A stretch of DNA of 64,000 nucleotides. Source: Octopus sinensis (lineage: Eukaryota). This document shows, one piece after another, positions 13,000-26,216 of this stretch. The notes under the pieces were generated by a model. That model was given only the letters and a program-made list of their open reading frames with translations. It made no database searches and was not told the origin of the DNA. The DNA lies in contig NC_043000.1 of assembly GCF_006345805.1 (NCBI RefSeq), positions 55,676,001 through 55,740,000 of the forward strand, in the 5' to 3' direction. The position numbers were made by a program, and so were the translations under genes. Each line of letters starts with the position of its first letter. Position 1 is the first letter of the stretch.

Positions 13000-14300
13000 T
13001 ACACAAATATCACATAATAGAGGATTCTGTTTCCGCTACATATGACCGGCTGGTTAGGATAACTCGAGAGGAGAATAATATTCAACTTCAAAATAAGTCA
13101 CTGAGTTAGCTTTCACTGGCTGTGACTGTTCAGCTGCCTATTGATATATAAATGATTCATTTGGTCTTGACCATGAATTGAAAGACAGTGCTTGCTAGAT
13201 TCGCTCTAGCATGAAATAGAATGCCTTGCAAAATTTGTTCCGCATTTTTGTACTGTGCATACGAATCTCTCAGTTGTTAATTTTGCTTTCATCTTCACAA
13301 AATACCAGTAAAATATTCGGATTAGTTCTTCGTTATCCCTTTCTTGCTAATATGTATGCATGCATGACTCTTTTCCTTTTTTCCTCTGAATATGTTGTGT
13401 GTTAGTGGAAGTTTCTTATTTCTCTTGCTTATTTATGCACCTAAGACCTGCATCTATCAGATCTAACCCGTAACTGAATCCCTGGAAGCAGATACCAGGC
13501 AACGGTCTAGATGTCCACAAATAACTTTTAACTATCCTCATGCTCATAGAAAATCTTATCTTCATGTTTAAATTGGCAATTAGATATTTTCTTGTTGCAA
13601 GCGAAAGAAAACTGCCATAACATTCTGACTGAATACAGTACATAGTTTGAAATCAAAACAGAATACTTTTAATTTCCATTTCTATTTTCTTACATAATAT
13701 TATTTACCTCTTGTTTTCGCTTTCCTCTTTTTGGCTTATTTTATTTTTCAATACTTACTGTTATGGTTCTATTTCCGACAACGCTTTACCTCTTCTGCCT
13801 TTGAAATGATTCATTATCTGATGCACGTTGTTGCATATTTACTTCGAGTTTTATTTCATTTCTTTTACTTCCATTGCTTTTTTTTACAGTAAAATAAGAC
13901 ATCACTGTCTTCATACCTCAATTGCATTTATGCAACTTACATTCCGCAAGCGTAACCAAACTTTAATTCTACAAGGTGTGATATATGTCTTCTTTTTTCA
14001 CATATATGCAATTTATGTTCAACAACGTGTAACGTCAGCCTAACAAGTCACCAAAATAACCATTCATCTTAATCTTGTAATTCTTGAATTTCACTTCTTT
14101 TCTGAAGAAAATATATTTTATAGTGCTACGCTATAACTAAAGTTTTACTCGTCATGCATATGCCGTCAGCGCTGTTATATTTCTTGTGGTTTCGGGAGAT
14201 TTTATTGCTTTTTTTCTTTGTGTGTTTTATGTGTGTCTTCAGGCTTTAGTTTGCATCTGTTTTTACTTGTATGGTTCGTTCTGCTACTGCGTCTGTTGTT
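13000..14300 (-). mobile_element. Highly decayed non-LTR retrotransposon RT relic
   Basis: Minus-strand fragments resemble RT motifs in the expected order: KAIKS..DGI, then FDFK, then GICFQG. Many stops and frameshifts. Boundaries are approximate. Confidence 0.3.
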
Positions 14301-15464
14301 AATGATTATGATGTCACTGTGTTAGCTTCCACTTAGAAAGGAAGTATGTGAAAATTGAATCTGAGAATAAAATTTAACACTTCTGCAACCCACAAGATAT
14401 ATTTAGAAAATATGTTTTCCTTTTATTCATTTTATGAACACTTCAACAGTAATCCGCTGATTAATCTCAGTGAAGAAATTATAGTTTCATGTATTGGGCA
14501 ATAATTTCACCTTTTGTGTTCCTATGAAAATTACATTTTTTTAAAACTTCTTTGACGTGCACTAGATGCCAATTACATGTGAAAAATACTAAGTTTACGA
14601 CTTAGGAAACGACTAAATATAACAACGAATGAAATACAATAGAGAGCAATTCAGATGTTTAACGCTACACCTTGTACTTCTTCCTGTTGTTTGTTATTTG
14701 ACTCCTAGGTTATTTGGGCTTAAGCAGGTCTATGATCCAGGATTTTCCGACAACAACCATCTTGTTTTACTTTAAGGCCAATTTTTCAGTTTTTTTCAAA
14801 GACTGTGTGGTGTGTTATGTTGTGTAGGGGTTAGCTGCTACTGTTAGGAAACAAAGTGATTACATAGAAGCTATAATTCTGGATTCTAGTGATATTCCAA
14901 AATCCCAAACTACTGAAGTAACAATATATGTGCGCCATTTAAGAAAATGTGTGTATACGAGTGTGCGTGCATATGCATGTGAGTGGGAGGGAGAGAGAGA
15001 GAGAGAGGAGTGAAAGAGAGAGAACGAATGAGATCGTTTGACATACACACTAGATAAACAACCTTAGTACACAGACCCAAATACAATTGCAACCAAAGAC
15101 AGATGACAACTTGTTTGGAGCAATGGTGATACATGAAAATTATCTAACAACTAATAAAGAAACTATGATATGTTACTCAATAGCAGGAATACCTAGAAAA
15201 TATCAAACATTTTAATAACAACAGATTTATGTTTTATTAAAACATTCATCATATTTATAGCTATATTATGTTCAAATATTTATGATTCTCTGTTGAGTAA
15301 AGTTATGTTCATAACTTTATATTGTTATTTAATAACACATTTTTACAACACAATATTCTATGTGAATATATCGAGAATGAAGTACATTTCTGCTGAAAAC
15401 CACCGATTTCGTGTCCTGAAACTGCTTGATTATGCGTTCATACAAACACGGTTAGAATCTTTTC

Positions 15465-15590
15465 TATCCATCATGATGAAGGTAGCTCTGGATTTTACCA
15501 ATGTATTTTTGCTTCTATTATTGGCTGTTGTTGATGAACTACATTAAGAAGTAACTCCGGGCTCTCAGAAACAGCTGTCGGATGTGTAAC
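15465..15590 (+). ncRNA. Degenerate hammerhead relic
   Basis: catc-atgatga-a-ggtagctctgga..tccgggctctca-gaaac-agct-gtc-ggatg. C3 is mutated and stem III is palindromic. Confidence 0.45.
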
Positions 15591-15901
15591 GCCTACTCCC
15601 CTCTAATTCTTCGCATCTATGTAATCTTAGAATGTTTACTCTATTAAAAGTATATAAATATATATATATATATAATTCACCGTCACTAAACAGTGTCGAA
15701 AGATGCAGGGAGCACTAGCATTGCTATAAATAAATGTCAAAGTACTTTTTATCCACAGAAAGCACATTTTCTATTTACTGATAAGTGAGAAAACATTTGA
15801 ATGGCATTAGATTGGCATACCAACTTCACATGAAATTTAATGCTCAACAGAATTGTTCAGTTCATTGAGGGTGGTGAACTTAAATTCTACTCCGTCAGTA
15901 C

Positions 15902-15989
<88 letters not shown>

Positions 15990-17070
15990 GTAGCAATAAC
16001 CATTTTAGCCATTTTGAAATGTGGCGCGAATTGGTAATATGACGTAATGTCGTATTGCCGAAGAAATATCATTTTCGTTTTTTTTCCATTGGTTAATATA
16101 ACTGCTCATATAAAGATTCTAGAAGTTTCGAAAAGAATATCTAGCATGGATTTCGATTCTTTTTAAGTCAAGTTGAGCAGTTATAAAAACCCTGGATTTT
16201 GGAAGATATTTCAGTGTTCGTTGGTAGTCACTCAACTCCACGTCACTCACTCTTTTGGAGACATCGGTAATTTTTATGCCATGTCCAAGTTAATCACAAA
16301 TCTATTTTGATTTGTTGCTTAATGTATTAGATAGAAAGAAGAAATTAGCTAAGAAATTTATAGTCGTTTTTCTCCGCGACAAAGTTATCTTTCTTACTGT
16401 AAAAAAATATAAAATGTTATATTATATAATAAAACATAATTAAAAGGAAATGTTTCTCTTCACGTTTGTTTTTCAACTGAGCATAGATAAATATGCATTT
16501 CTGTAATCTTTGATTTATGTTTCTTATAGCGGTTTAAAGGAGACGATTAAAATATTCAACATACATGTCAATATAGCGTTCCATGCGTATATGTCTATAT
16601 GACGTTATAACTGTAGTTAGGGTTTTAGCTATAATGATAACACTTGAGTATAAGTGAGTTGAATCATTATATTCTCCCTTACTCAGAGAAAAGACAAAAT
16701 AAATAATATAACCAAAGAGAAAGCTTAAAGTAGAATAACCGAAAACCACCGTATATGTATGTATTTGTATAGCTTTTACCATAGCAAGCAATGGCTGAAT
16801 CCGCAAAATGGTTATGTCAAAATTATATAATAATTAAGGTGTTTAGTGACGGTGAATTATTTCCTCTTGGTTTTGAATTGCGTCTACCTACCTTAATTAT
16901 ATATATACTTCATTGTTAACCATCTGAGACTTTTAAGTCTGTCTTCTCTCTTTAAATGTATACATGTATATATTTTTTGTACATTCAAACCACAGGTCTT
17001 TATCTGTTTATTTGAATTACTCTCTCTCTTTCTCTTTATATATATATTTATATGTATGTATGTGTGTGTG

Positions 17071-17395
17071 CAGGCGTGGTGAATGTGGGATATAAAGCTT
17101 GTTTCCCAACCAAAGACTTGTGAGTGAATTTGGTAGACAAGAACTAGAAGTCCATCGTGATATATATAAATGCGTGAGTGTGTGTATTTTTATATATGTA
17201 TGTATAGATATATACATTTACATATATCTTTGTGTTTGTGTCCCACCACCGCTTGGCAACAGATGTTGGTCTCTTTACAGTGGCCGTGGTTCGGTAAAAG
17301 AGAAAGATACAATAAGTACCAGACGTAAAAACAAGTAGCGGAGTGGAACTTTCCGACCAAAAACCCTTTAAGATGGTGCCCTAACATGGCCAGCA
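17071..17395 (+). mobile_element. SINE family A, old diverged copy
   Basis: ttgtgagtgaatttggtagac, internal TA/TG tract, cggtaaaagagaaagatacaataagtacc, catggcc. Confidence 0.75.
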
Positions 17396-17949
17396 TTTCA
17401 TTCCTGTGCTCATTTCCTTAGTATGTCAGTTCTGTGTACATGCCATTTGGGCAATTGATAATTGTCTCAACAGGAGAATAGTCAGAAAAGAGAATAATGA
17501 TGGGTTTATGTGTGAACCTAATATATGTGTTGAAAGGAAAAGAAAGGCGATGGAGCCGAAAATGTCTGTGTGAAGCTGGTACACGAGATTAGATAGATCC
17601 GAAGAGCAGATGGTATTGTCGGCGCAGTAGAAAAGACAGAACTTGTGTGTGTGTGTGACAGAGAGAGAGAGAGAGAGAGAGAGAGAACGCGAGAGCTGAG
17701 AGGGAGCAAACTGTAGGTTTTTGGGAGACCAGCTGAAGGGTGAAGATGTAAGGCGCCATGCCAAATAGTCGTGTAGTCTTTCTTTTGATGATACAGCAAT
17801 GATATGAGGGGAAGCATTTATAACGGTTATCAAAACGATATTAATAGTGGGATCATAGGAATGGTAGTGGCAGTAGAAGTGCTAGTTGTAGCAGCAATCA
17901 CAACAGTAGTTAGACTAACAGCAGTAGTAGTAGTGTTGATAACGATAGC

Positions 17950-17990
17950 TGTAGTAACTGAAGTGGTGGTAGTGGTAGTGGTAGTGGTGT

Positions 17991-18026
<36 letters not shown>

Positions 18027-18040
18027 CAGCAGCAACAGTA
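17950..18040. repeat. (GTG)/(GTA)n/(GCA)n trinucleotide tract
   Basis: Direct tandem units. Confidence 0.9.
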
Positions 18041-18846
18041 GAATTGTTTATTGCTTATTGTTTATTGTTTTATCACAATATTTACATATGTATTATAGAA
18101 TCTAATTTCCTGAGGTTGAATATCTAAATATAACATCAGAGAATTAATGTTCACCAAAACATGAATTGATACGAGATTCAATCATCCACTGGGAGAATTT
18201 TCACTTTAAATTCATTGCATTTGTAGTGATGTCATATGAACACGAGTCAGTATAAAAATTTACCAACGAAAGAACATATACATTTATACTACAAATAATT
18301 AGAAAAAAATGCATTTTCTTTTTACATTTTTGGCATCTAAGAGCGGGGATATGTATGCTTGTATCATTCATGTATTTTCTAAATTCATTATTGATTTCGG
18401 TTGTATAATTTTTTTATGGTATCTGTCTGTGCAATAGGATTTTAATAATAAACAGTCGTCCTGAACGTTTCTCTGAACCAATGGTTCTCAAGTAAGTTCC
18501 ATATGACCCCAGAGATCCACATATGGTTTTAGATAGGGGTCCACGCAAACAAAATAGAAAATTGGGGATCCACAGTAGTATTTGAAGAGTCCGTGAAAAA
18601 AATGTTGCGTAAGATATATTTATTGCAAGAAACATCCAGGTTTCTTTCTCTAACGTTTTACATAGTTAACAAGTTTACACCCACTGAAACGTATCATTTC
18701 AGCGAGTACTGTTGCAAGCCTACGCAAGAACATGTGAAAAACAAAATACAAATTTTGAAAGAAGTATCTATAAAACTAGTTTTTAACCGTTTTTGGATTT
18801 GGTTTGCAAGATTCTTTATTTGAATTCGTGTCTTGAAGCATATTCT

Positions 18847-19075
18847 GTTGTGTCTGGGGAGAGTCATTTTCTTTTTGAGCCTTATAATGTAACACACTCA
18901 CCGATAAATTTCCCCTTATTTCTTATTTTTATTTTCCTAAAATTTTCGTTGCGTCTTGCAACCTTTTCAATAGTCTTGACTCTTGAAAATAAAAATAAGA
19001 AATAACGGGAAATTTTACCGGTGAGAGTGTTATATTATAAGGCACAAAAAGAAAATGACTCTCCCCAGACACAAC
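18847..19075. mobile_element. MITE/foldback with ~65-bp terminal inverted repeats
   Basis: gttgtgtctggggagagtcattttctttttgagccttataat..ccgataaatttccc pairs with gggaaattttaccgg..attataaggcacaaaaagaaaatgactctccccagacacaac. Confidence 0.85.
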
Positions 19076-19298
19076 CCTTTAGCATTCAAATTACTCTGTC
19101 ACATGTAATGTTTATATATTCATATTTCTTTTTAATTACTCGTTTTATCTTGTAACTTCGAGATTTTGATGATGCGATGTTTTTATTTTTAGATTAACTC
19201 TGTAGGGTAAGTACGAGAGGCTGGATCTGGCAAGTTTCAACATAAAAGAAGTCTAATATCTGGGCCAGATATGGCCGGTGTAAATGTTGAAAGGTTAA
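19073..19298. mobile_element. piggyBac-like MITE
   Basis: Termini aaccctttagcatt / aatgttgaaaggttaa (CCCT..AGG + TTAA pattern). The left TTAA is not intact. Confidence 0.55.
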
Positions 19299-19365
19299 AC
19301 ATTGAATGGTTATGGGGATGAAAGGTATCCATTGGTAAAAAATGATTGAGAACCAGGCTCTAAAC

Positions 19366-20044
19366 CAGTGCTACACAAAGTAGTGGTCCGCGGACCGGTG
19401 CCGGTCCGCGAGCCATTCAGCTGCCGGTATACGGTGAGTTTCCAGAAAAGAACGAAATAATATGCGTATGTAATATATGCGTGTGTAATATTGTATTATT
19501 TACTCTTTTACTTGTTTCAGTCATTTGACTGTAGCCATGCTGGAGCACCGCCTTTTTAGTTGAGCAAATCGACCCCAGGACTTATTCTTTGTAAGCCTAG
19601 TATTTATTCTATCGGTCTCTTTCGCTGAACCGCTAAGTTACGGGGACATAAACACACCAGCATCGGTTGTCAAGAGATGATGGAGGGACAAACACAGACA
19701 CACAAACATATACACGCACATACATATATATATATATACGACGGCTTTCTTTCAGTTTCCGTCTACCAAATCCACTCACAAGGCTTTGGTCCGGTTATAG
19801 TAGAAGACACTTGTCCAAGATGCCACGCAGTGGGATTGAACCCGGAACCATGTGTAAACAAGCTACTTACCAAACAGCCACTACAAAATAACTATAAGAT
19901 TTCTTTAAATCGTCAACTGTTATTGTATTCATTATGTATATATTTCCGGTTTAAATTAATATTAGTAAAATATATTACGGGCCCCTGGCAGGTTGGAAAA
20001 ATAAAACTGCTGGTACACCACATTAGATAGTTTGAGACGCACTG
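19366..20044 (+). mobile_element. hAT (Charlie-like) MITE interrupted by a SINE
   Basis: TIRs cagtgctacacaaa / tttgagacgcactg, subterminal ggtccgcggaccggtgccggtccgcg, identical 8-bp TSD ctctaaac at 19358-19365 and 20045-20052. Confidence 0.85.
19497..19885 (-). mobile_element. SINE family A, near full length
   Basis: Reverse complement of the 32721-33137 copy. Confidence 0.9.
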
Positions 20045-20999
20045 CTCTAAACTTAATAGAAATATACAATGTCAATGAAAAAGAATGAGGCTTTATTTTG
20101 CTTCAGGTATTTCCGGTTTACAACATATTGCCAATGTTGATAATGTATAAGGTCCTCTTCCTGGAGTTCTTCAAGTTGGGTGGAAGGGTTACAATATCTC
20201 TAGTGTTTTTTGTTCTACGCATACTGACAAAATTATGCAACTTATGTGCATATCACTGATGTTATATACCATGGTGTACAATTCCTTTTTATAAAAGCTG
20301 TGCAGTTCGCATGATATATTACGAGGTTTTAGATCTACACCATTTTGATCTCTTCGATATAGCTGTAACGTCCAGTGCTGACTGAATTATGTATTTCCTG
20401 ATAAAACGCGATTTTGCTTTTCATTTACATATATTTACTTAATATATTGTTTGGCTTGTTTTATTGGGAATAGTGGAATAAAATGTAAAGACAACATTGG
20501 AAATATTTCAGAAACAAAATCAATAGTCTTTATTAAATACAGGCTGTCATTTAGGTTTTGCTACTTTTGCTAAAATCACCAACTTTTTTACATAATATAT
20601 TTGAAGAATAACGGTGGAAAAAGATGTAGAACATCCCTAATATTAATGTTGTAGTTCTTTAGTTTTATTCATAACGCGATAGATCAAGCTGTACATGCAG
20701 CATTTCGAACCTCTCTGAAACTGGTATGGTCCATGCGCTTAATTTTCTGTGAATAACAGCTGTAGGTCTGTCGACAGCTACATAGATCTGCAGAAAACTC
20801 CAACTTGCAGCAGGGTATTTGAACAATTAATTACAGTTGTACAGAAAGTGCTTAGGAAAAGACTTTTGTGGGGAATTTTGGAGGCAACACATTAAAGGCA
20901 ACGAGAGGAAGACGAGCAAAACGAAAATAAAAGATAAGCCGATACAGTTGCTATAGAAAGAGGAGTAGCTATAATTGTTCCAACTATGAACTGCCAACA

Positions 21000-21340
21000 T
21001 ATTTTTTTATTCCAGATTAAAGGAGACGTTTGTAACAGTACTATGGACAATCTCTACTAAAAGCTACTTGTCACAATTCCATCTAGTAACCAACTACTTC
21101 ACAGAGATGGGCATCAAAACTCACTCACTCGCCCAACAATCCAGACCTTGTTCCCTGTGAGTTTTGGCTGTTTTCGAAGCTGAGAGAGTACCTCAGAGGC
21201 AGACGTTTTGTAAAGAATGGGAAGATGGAAGAAATAATATGGGTCCTTGACATCTTCCTATTGGAGGACTTCCATGGGGCCTTGAAGTGGCTTGATCGTT
21301 ACGACAAGTGAGCTGGTGTCAGACGTTCCTACTTTGAAGG
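21000..21340 (+). pseudogene. Mariner transposase C-terminal relic
   Basis: Translation PNNPDLVPCEFWLFSKLREYLRGRRF matches YSPDLAPCDFWLFPKLK..LRGRRF. Confidence 0.8.
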
Positions 21341-21754
21341 AAAATGCCTCAAGACTTCTGGAATGCACAACATAATATGAGCTTTTATTGTTGCCGAAAG
21401 GATAGCTCAAAAACTGATATTATTCAACAGGAAGGAAACAAAGTAAAAAAAAAATGAAGTTTTGCTTCGAGGATTTTGGCATAAGTAAATTTTTATCTAA
21501 TAGCAATTTAGTAGCTCTTGTGTATTATTAAATGCCCTATCTCAGAAAAAGTTATATCAGGTCTTTATAAGGTATCAGGTCAAATCACTTGCTATACAAA
21601 CACAACTCCCTAATATTTCATCTCTACATGTGCGAACATGGTTCTGAATAATTAGATCTCATTAGCGCCTTACAGACTTCACCCTACATGCTGAAATAGG
21701 GTTGAAAGTAGAACTGCGAATATTGTACACGATTAAACGTGAAACCAGTATTGA

Positions 21755-21880
21755 TTTCAGATTTGGGCACAAGGTCAGCATCTCGGGGGAGGGGGTAAGT
21801 TGATTACATCGACCCCTGTTGATTACATCGACAAACGTTTGTCTGTCCTTGTTTAGCCCCTTGTGGGTAATAAAGAAACA
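21755..21880. mobile_element. Rearranged family B SINE fragments (short-tail end on minus, long tail on plus)
   Basis: ggcacaaggtcagca..ttgattacatcgacccc followed by a duplicated tgattacatcgac and the tail gtttgtctgtccttgtttagccccttgtgggtaataaagaaa. Confidence 0.65.
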
Positions 21881-23454
21881 AATAGACAAGTTATTCTAGC
21901 ACAGTTTTGAAAAGAACAGGGCTGTGCATGTTCAATTCTTCGAATGTTCGGAGTAGCTGTGCACTGAGATAGTGTCAGTGGGAAGAGACAGACGGAATTC
22001 AGAAGAAGAGTTCAGCACTTAGATTTTTACAGAGCGTTATTTCACTGGATATTGGTGAATAGGCTATTCTCGGAAATGAGGAAACTCTGAAATTTGAGTG
22101 GTGAAATCAACTCATCTTAGGAGATGTCGTTTATTTTACCAGTAATCTTCTTTGACGTAATGAAATAATGTTATTTAAAATATAAAATATGAATACATTT
22201 ATCAGCGCTCTCTACAGAATTTAAAATGCAGATTGTTTCATGGAATAAAATTAGCGTTTTCTTTTTTTATTTTAAATTATTCACGATCTAGAAAAATATT
22301 TCCTGCATGTCTTTCAGCTATAATTAGGTTTCCTTTAATATTTACTCTAATATTTTTTATATTTTCCTTTCTGCAATTTTTAGTATGATGTATTGGACTT
22401 CATTATGCTCTTTAATACGGCAGTTTGCAGAAGCTAATGAACTGACTGCACACACCTATACAATCGCAGTCATACACTTTTAAACACGCGAAAATATTAC
22501 GATTCATAAAATAGAGTGTTATATAGTTACTATTTTTACTATTTATACAGAGCAAGGTTTTTATTGCGTACACCAGGCCATTCATTACCGTTCAGCCTCA
22601 TAATTCAAAGGTTGAATGAGCGAGGTACAATTCACAGATGCACCATCCCAGTTATGCCATGTTTGAGGGACGTATTAAATGTTTTGACAAGTATTGAACC
22701 GCACGGAGAGCAGTGTAAATGCTTGAAGATATTGCAACCGGGCAACCCAGATCGTACCCACCATACAGAGAGGCTCGGTTACTAGAAACGAAAAGCGTAT
22801 TTTCCGCCGCATCAAGTTTACAGAGACTAGATTATAGAACTAGTTAATAGGGAGTTGACGAGGGTAATAACTAACAACCGAGTATGGTTAGACTTGAAAA
22901 GCGATATTTGAGAAGACTCAATAGGATTTAGTATGGAAACGATGAATGAGAAACCGATAGCAGAGGAAGAACTGGTTAGTAAGCGAGATGAGATACTTCG
23001 GAAAGGGATTACGACTAATATGGTGACGGAGAGATGTGCCTTTGACCGATAGTTCACCGCTAAGCACAAATGTTACGTTATCAAATATGACGGAAGGAAA
23101 ACCATTCGATGAGCTTTGGATGCGCAAAATGAGAACAAAGCCAAAATTCGACGTACTATTCTATTCCGTTGACTTTTAATTGCTATTCGATAAGCTCTTT
23201 GGGGCGAGCAGATGTAATAGGAAGTAGAATTGACCGTCCATCACAAAGGTCTGCTGCGGTTTTCAGATAGGGATACGGAATTCTGTGAAAAACTGATAAC
23301 ACTGCTGACGATATTACGGAATGCATGAGGGAGAAATTGCCGAGGCAAGATGGTCAGCTCAACGAGCTTATCTTCGTAATTTCTTCGCACACATGAAACT
23401 TCGCACAACTGAACCTGACAGCAGAACAGAAGAACTCTAACACCTACTAAAACA

Positions 23455-23532
23455 GGTAGAGTTGATGCGATCGACTGCACCCCTACCCCAAAATTTCAGG
23501 CCTTGTGCCTTAAGCAAAAAGGATTATTATTA
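23455..23532 (+). mobile_element. Family B SINE 3' end (short tail) with (ATT)n tail
   Basis: atcgactgcacccctaccccaaaatttcaggccttgtgcctt..aggattattatt. Confidence 0.65.
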
Positions 23533-24127
23533 TTGACGTTCTTGTCATATTATTTATTTATTTGTGCTGTCGTTTCTGTCAGCTGTCTGATTCTGATGGT
23601 TTTTATTTCAGCTTATCTTGGTTCTCTTGTGGTTGGCTACTTCTGCTCTATACTCTATTTTTATGTTGTCTTTCGGGTTTATACATTGAGATTAAATTAT
23701 AATTATTTTGTTGAATAAAGTCATGAATGCTTCTGCTACTGTTTGTGGTGTTGTTGAATTACAAAAAGTGTGGTCCTTGAATATTGGCAGAGTAATTTGT
23801 AATGTAACTAGAGGAAATATATCTTCGCAATCTTTCACATTTTCAACTTGAATGATTGCCGAAGGTAAAACTGTTTCATACTTCCGTAGACTATTAAATA
23901 AGTACAATTCTATTACTAAATTCGTAAAATGGCATGTTCACTCTTGCAAAATATCTTTGTTGTATGGGTTAAAATTACCATTTAGGCGAAAGTATATCCA
24001 GAGGTTGTCACTCAAAAATCAGCTTTGAAATCATTATGTTCTGTCTTTGGAAATAAAACGTTGACTTATATTTCGGGGTTGGGGAAGATTTACAATAACA
24101 TTACTGAAACTAACCAATACATGACTA

Positions 24128-24282
24128 TCATACATACATATATACATACATAAACATATATATGAATATATATATATATTATATGTGTGTGTGTGTCTGT
24201 GTGAATATATACATATATACATACATATATATAAATATATATATATATATATATGAATATATACATATATATGAATATAGAC

Positions 24283-24332
<50 letters not shown>

Positions 24333-24349
24333 GTGTGTGTATATATATA

Positions 24350-24442
<93 letters not shown>
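24128..24442. repeat. Long compound (TA)n/(TG)n microsatellite
   Basis: Direct tandem units. Confidence 0.95.
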
Positions 24443-24444
<2 letters not shown>

Positions 24445-24864
24445 TTGTATATTTGCACTTGTGTATGCATATAATTAACAACAAACGTAGCCATAAGAAA
24501 TAAACTCGAAGATGCCAGTAGCTTGAATTAAGACAACTAATTTTAAACTTAATGTAATGATTTCCTTCCCAATAAATTCTTCGTTTAATAGAATTTCTCT
24601 GTCATTTCTTCACAAAATACAAAGATATTTTCATCTATGATGAAATTACACTGACAGATGTTTGAGTGGCAGGCGGGCTATGAATATCCATGGGGAAATA
24701 TTTCGATGAATTTCATCTCATCAGTACACTGCAATCTAGCCGAGCATCCTATTTGTAAGTCTATTTCCGCAACCAAAAAATTTAATTACTTAACTTTGAA
24801 CTTGGTCGGACTCTTCAAAGCTGAAGGGGTGAATATATTGACTCTACGTTATATAAATTGCCAC

Positions 24865-24971
24865 TACGTTATGGGGACGTGAACAAACCAATAACAGCTA
24901 TCAAGCGGCGGCGGGAGCAATCACAGACACAATGTCACAAAGTCACACACACACGCATGCACACACACACT

Positions 24972-25006
<35 letters not shown>

Positions 25007-25405
25007 GCGCGCACACGCACACACGCACACATGCACACACACACTTATATATGTAAGCGGCGAGCTGGCAGAAACGTTAGCACGCCGGGCGAAATGCATA
25101 GCCGTATTTCGTCTGCCGTTACGTTCTGGGTTCAAATTCCGCCGAGGTCGACTTTGCCTTTCATCCTTTCGGGGTCGATAAATTAAGTACCAGTTACGCA
25201 CTGGGGTCAATGTAATCGACTTAATCCGTTTGTCTGTCCTTATTTGTCCCCTCTGTGTTTAGCCCCTTGTGGGTACTAAAGAAATATATATGTATACGAC
25301 GGGATTCTTTCAGTTTCTACTTACTAAATCCATTCACAGGGCTTTGGTTAGATTAGCTCAAGTAGGACTGAAACCGGAGCCATTTGATTGGGAAGCCTGC
25401 GCCTA
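24865..25405 (-). mobile_element. SINE family A (diverged), split by a nested family B SINE
   Basis: gttatggggacgtgaacaaacc..(CA)n on the left and cgacgggattctttcagtt..cctgcgcct on the right. Confidence 0.75.
25056..25284 (+). mobile_element. Full-length Meta-domain SINE (family B, long tail)
   Basis: A-box-like agctggcagaaacg, B-box-like gggttcaaattcc, Meta core, tail ending gccccttgtgggtactaaagaaat. Confidence 0.9.
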
Positions 25406-25807
25406 TATAGTTGAATGTTAATGCTCTCTGTGATAATACTGTAGTTAAGATTTTCTAAACTGTAGTAAAGCAGGTTATCTATATCATCTAGGTTTCACTG
25501 TATTGTTTTCTATTCTATTCTTCAGTTTAAGATTGTTTTGCTCGTAATTCACCAATCAGGTGTTTTCTCTCACTATCTTATTAAACATCACTACTAGTAC
25601 CTTTTGTATTCCTATCAAAAAAGTATTAACCACACTTTGGAGAATTATGTTACACCGCTGTTATACCGGTGATCAGTTCGTTTTATTCGTTTTATAGTAT
25701 TTTTTTCTGTTACTTGTTTCAGCCATTTGACTTCGGTCATGCTGGAGCAGAGCCTTGAGGGTTATTTAGTCGAACTAATTTTTAAAATTATTTTTATATA
25801 TATACAC

Positions 25808-26216
25808 TCTTTTACTCTTTTACACAAATCAGTAATTTGACTGTGGCCATGCTGGAGCACCACCTTTAGTCGAACAAATCGCCCCCAGGACTCATTCTTT
25901 GTAAGCCTAGTACTTATTCTATCAGTTCTTTTGCCGAACCGCTAGATTTTGCAACATAAAGACACCAACATCCGTTGTCAAGCGATTGTATGGGTGACTA
26001 ACAGACACAAAGACACACACACACAGAAATATATATATATACAGATATATATACACAGAAATACATATACATATCCGACTGGCGTCTTTCAGTTCCCGTT
26101 GACCAAATCCACTCACAAGGCTTTGGTCGGCCTCAGGTTATAGTAGAAGACACTTGCCAAAAATGCCACGCTGTGGGACTGAACCCAGAACCATATGGTT
26201 GGGTAGCAATCTTCTT
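25808..26216 (-). mobile_element. SINE family A body; its 5' head continues at 28716-28754
   Basis: Matches family A up to ccatatggttgggtagcaatcttctt and then breaks off. Confidence 0.9.

Larger units (their letters stand above)
18479..19357 (+). mobile_element. hAT (Charlie/MER5-like) non-autonomous element
   Basis: TIRs caatggttctcaa / ttgagaaccagg, subterminal ggggtccacg, 8-bp TSD ctctgaac (18471-18478) / ctctaaac (19358-19365). Confidence 0.75.

Noticed and set aside
22516-23200. Coding-like composition, possible exon or transposon relic
   Set aside because: Stops occur in all frames and I could not assign any motif.
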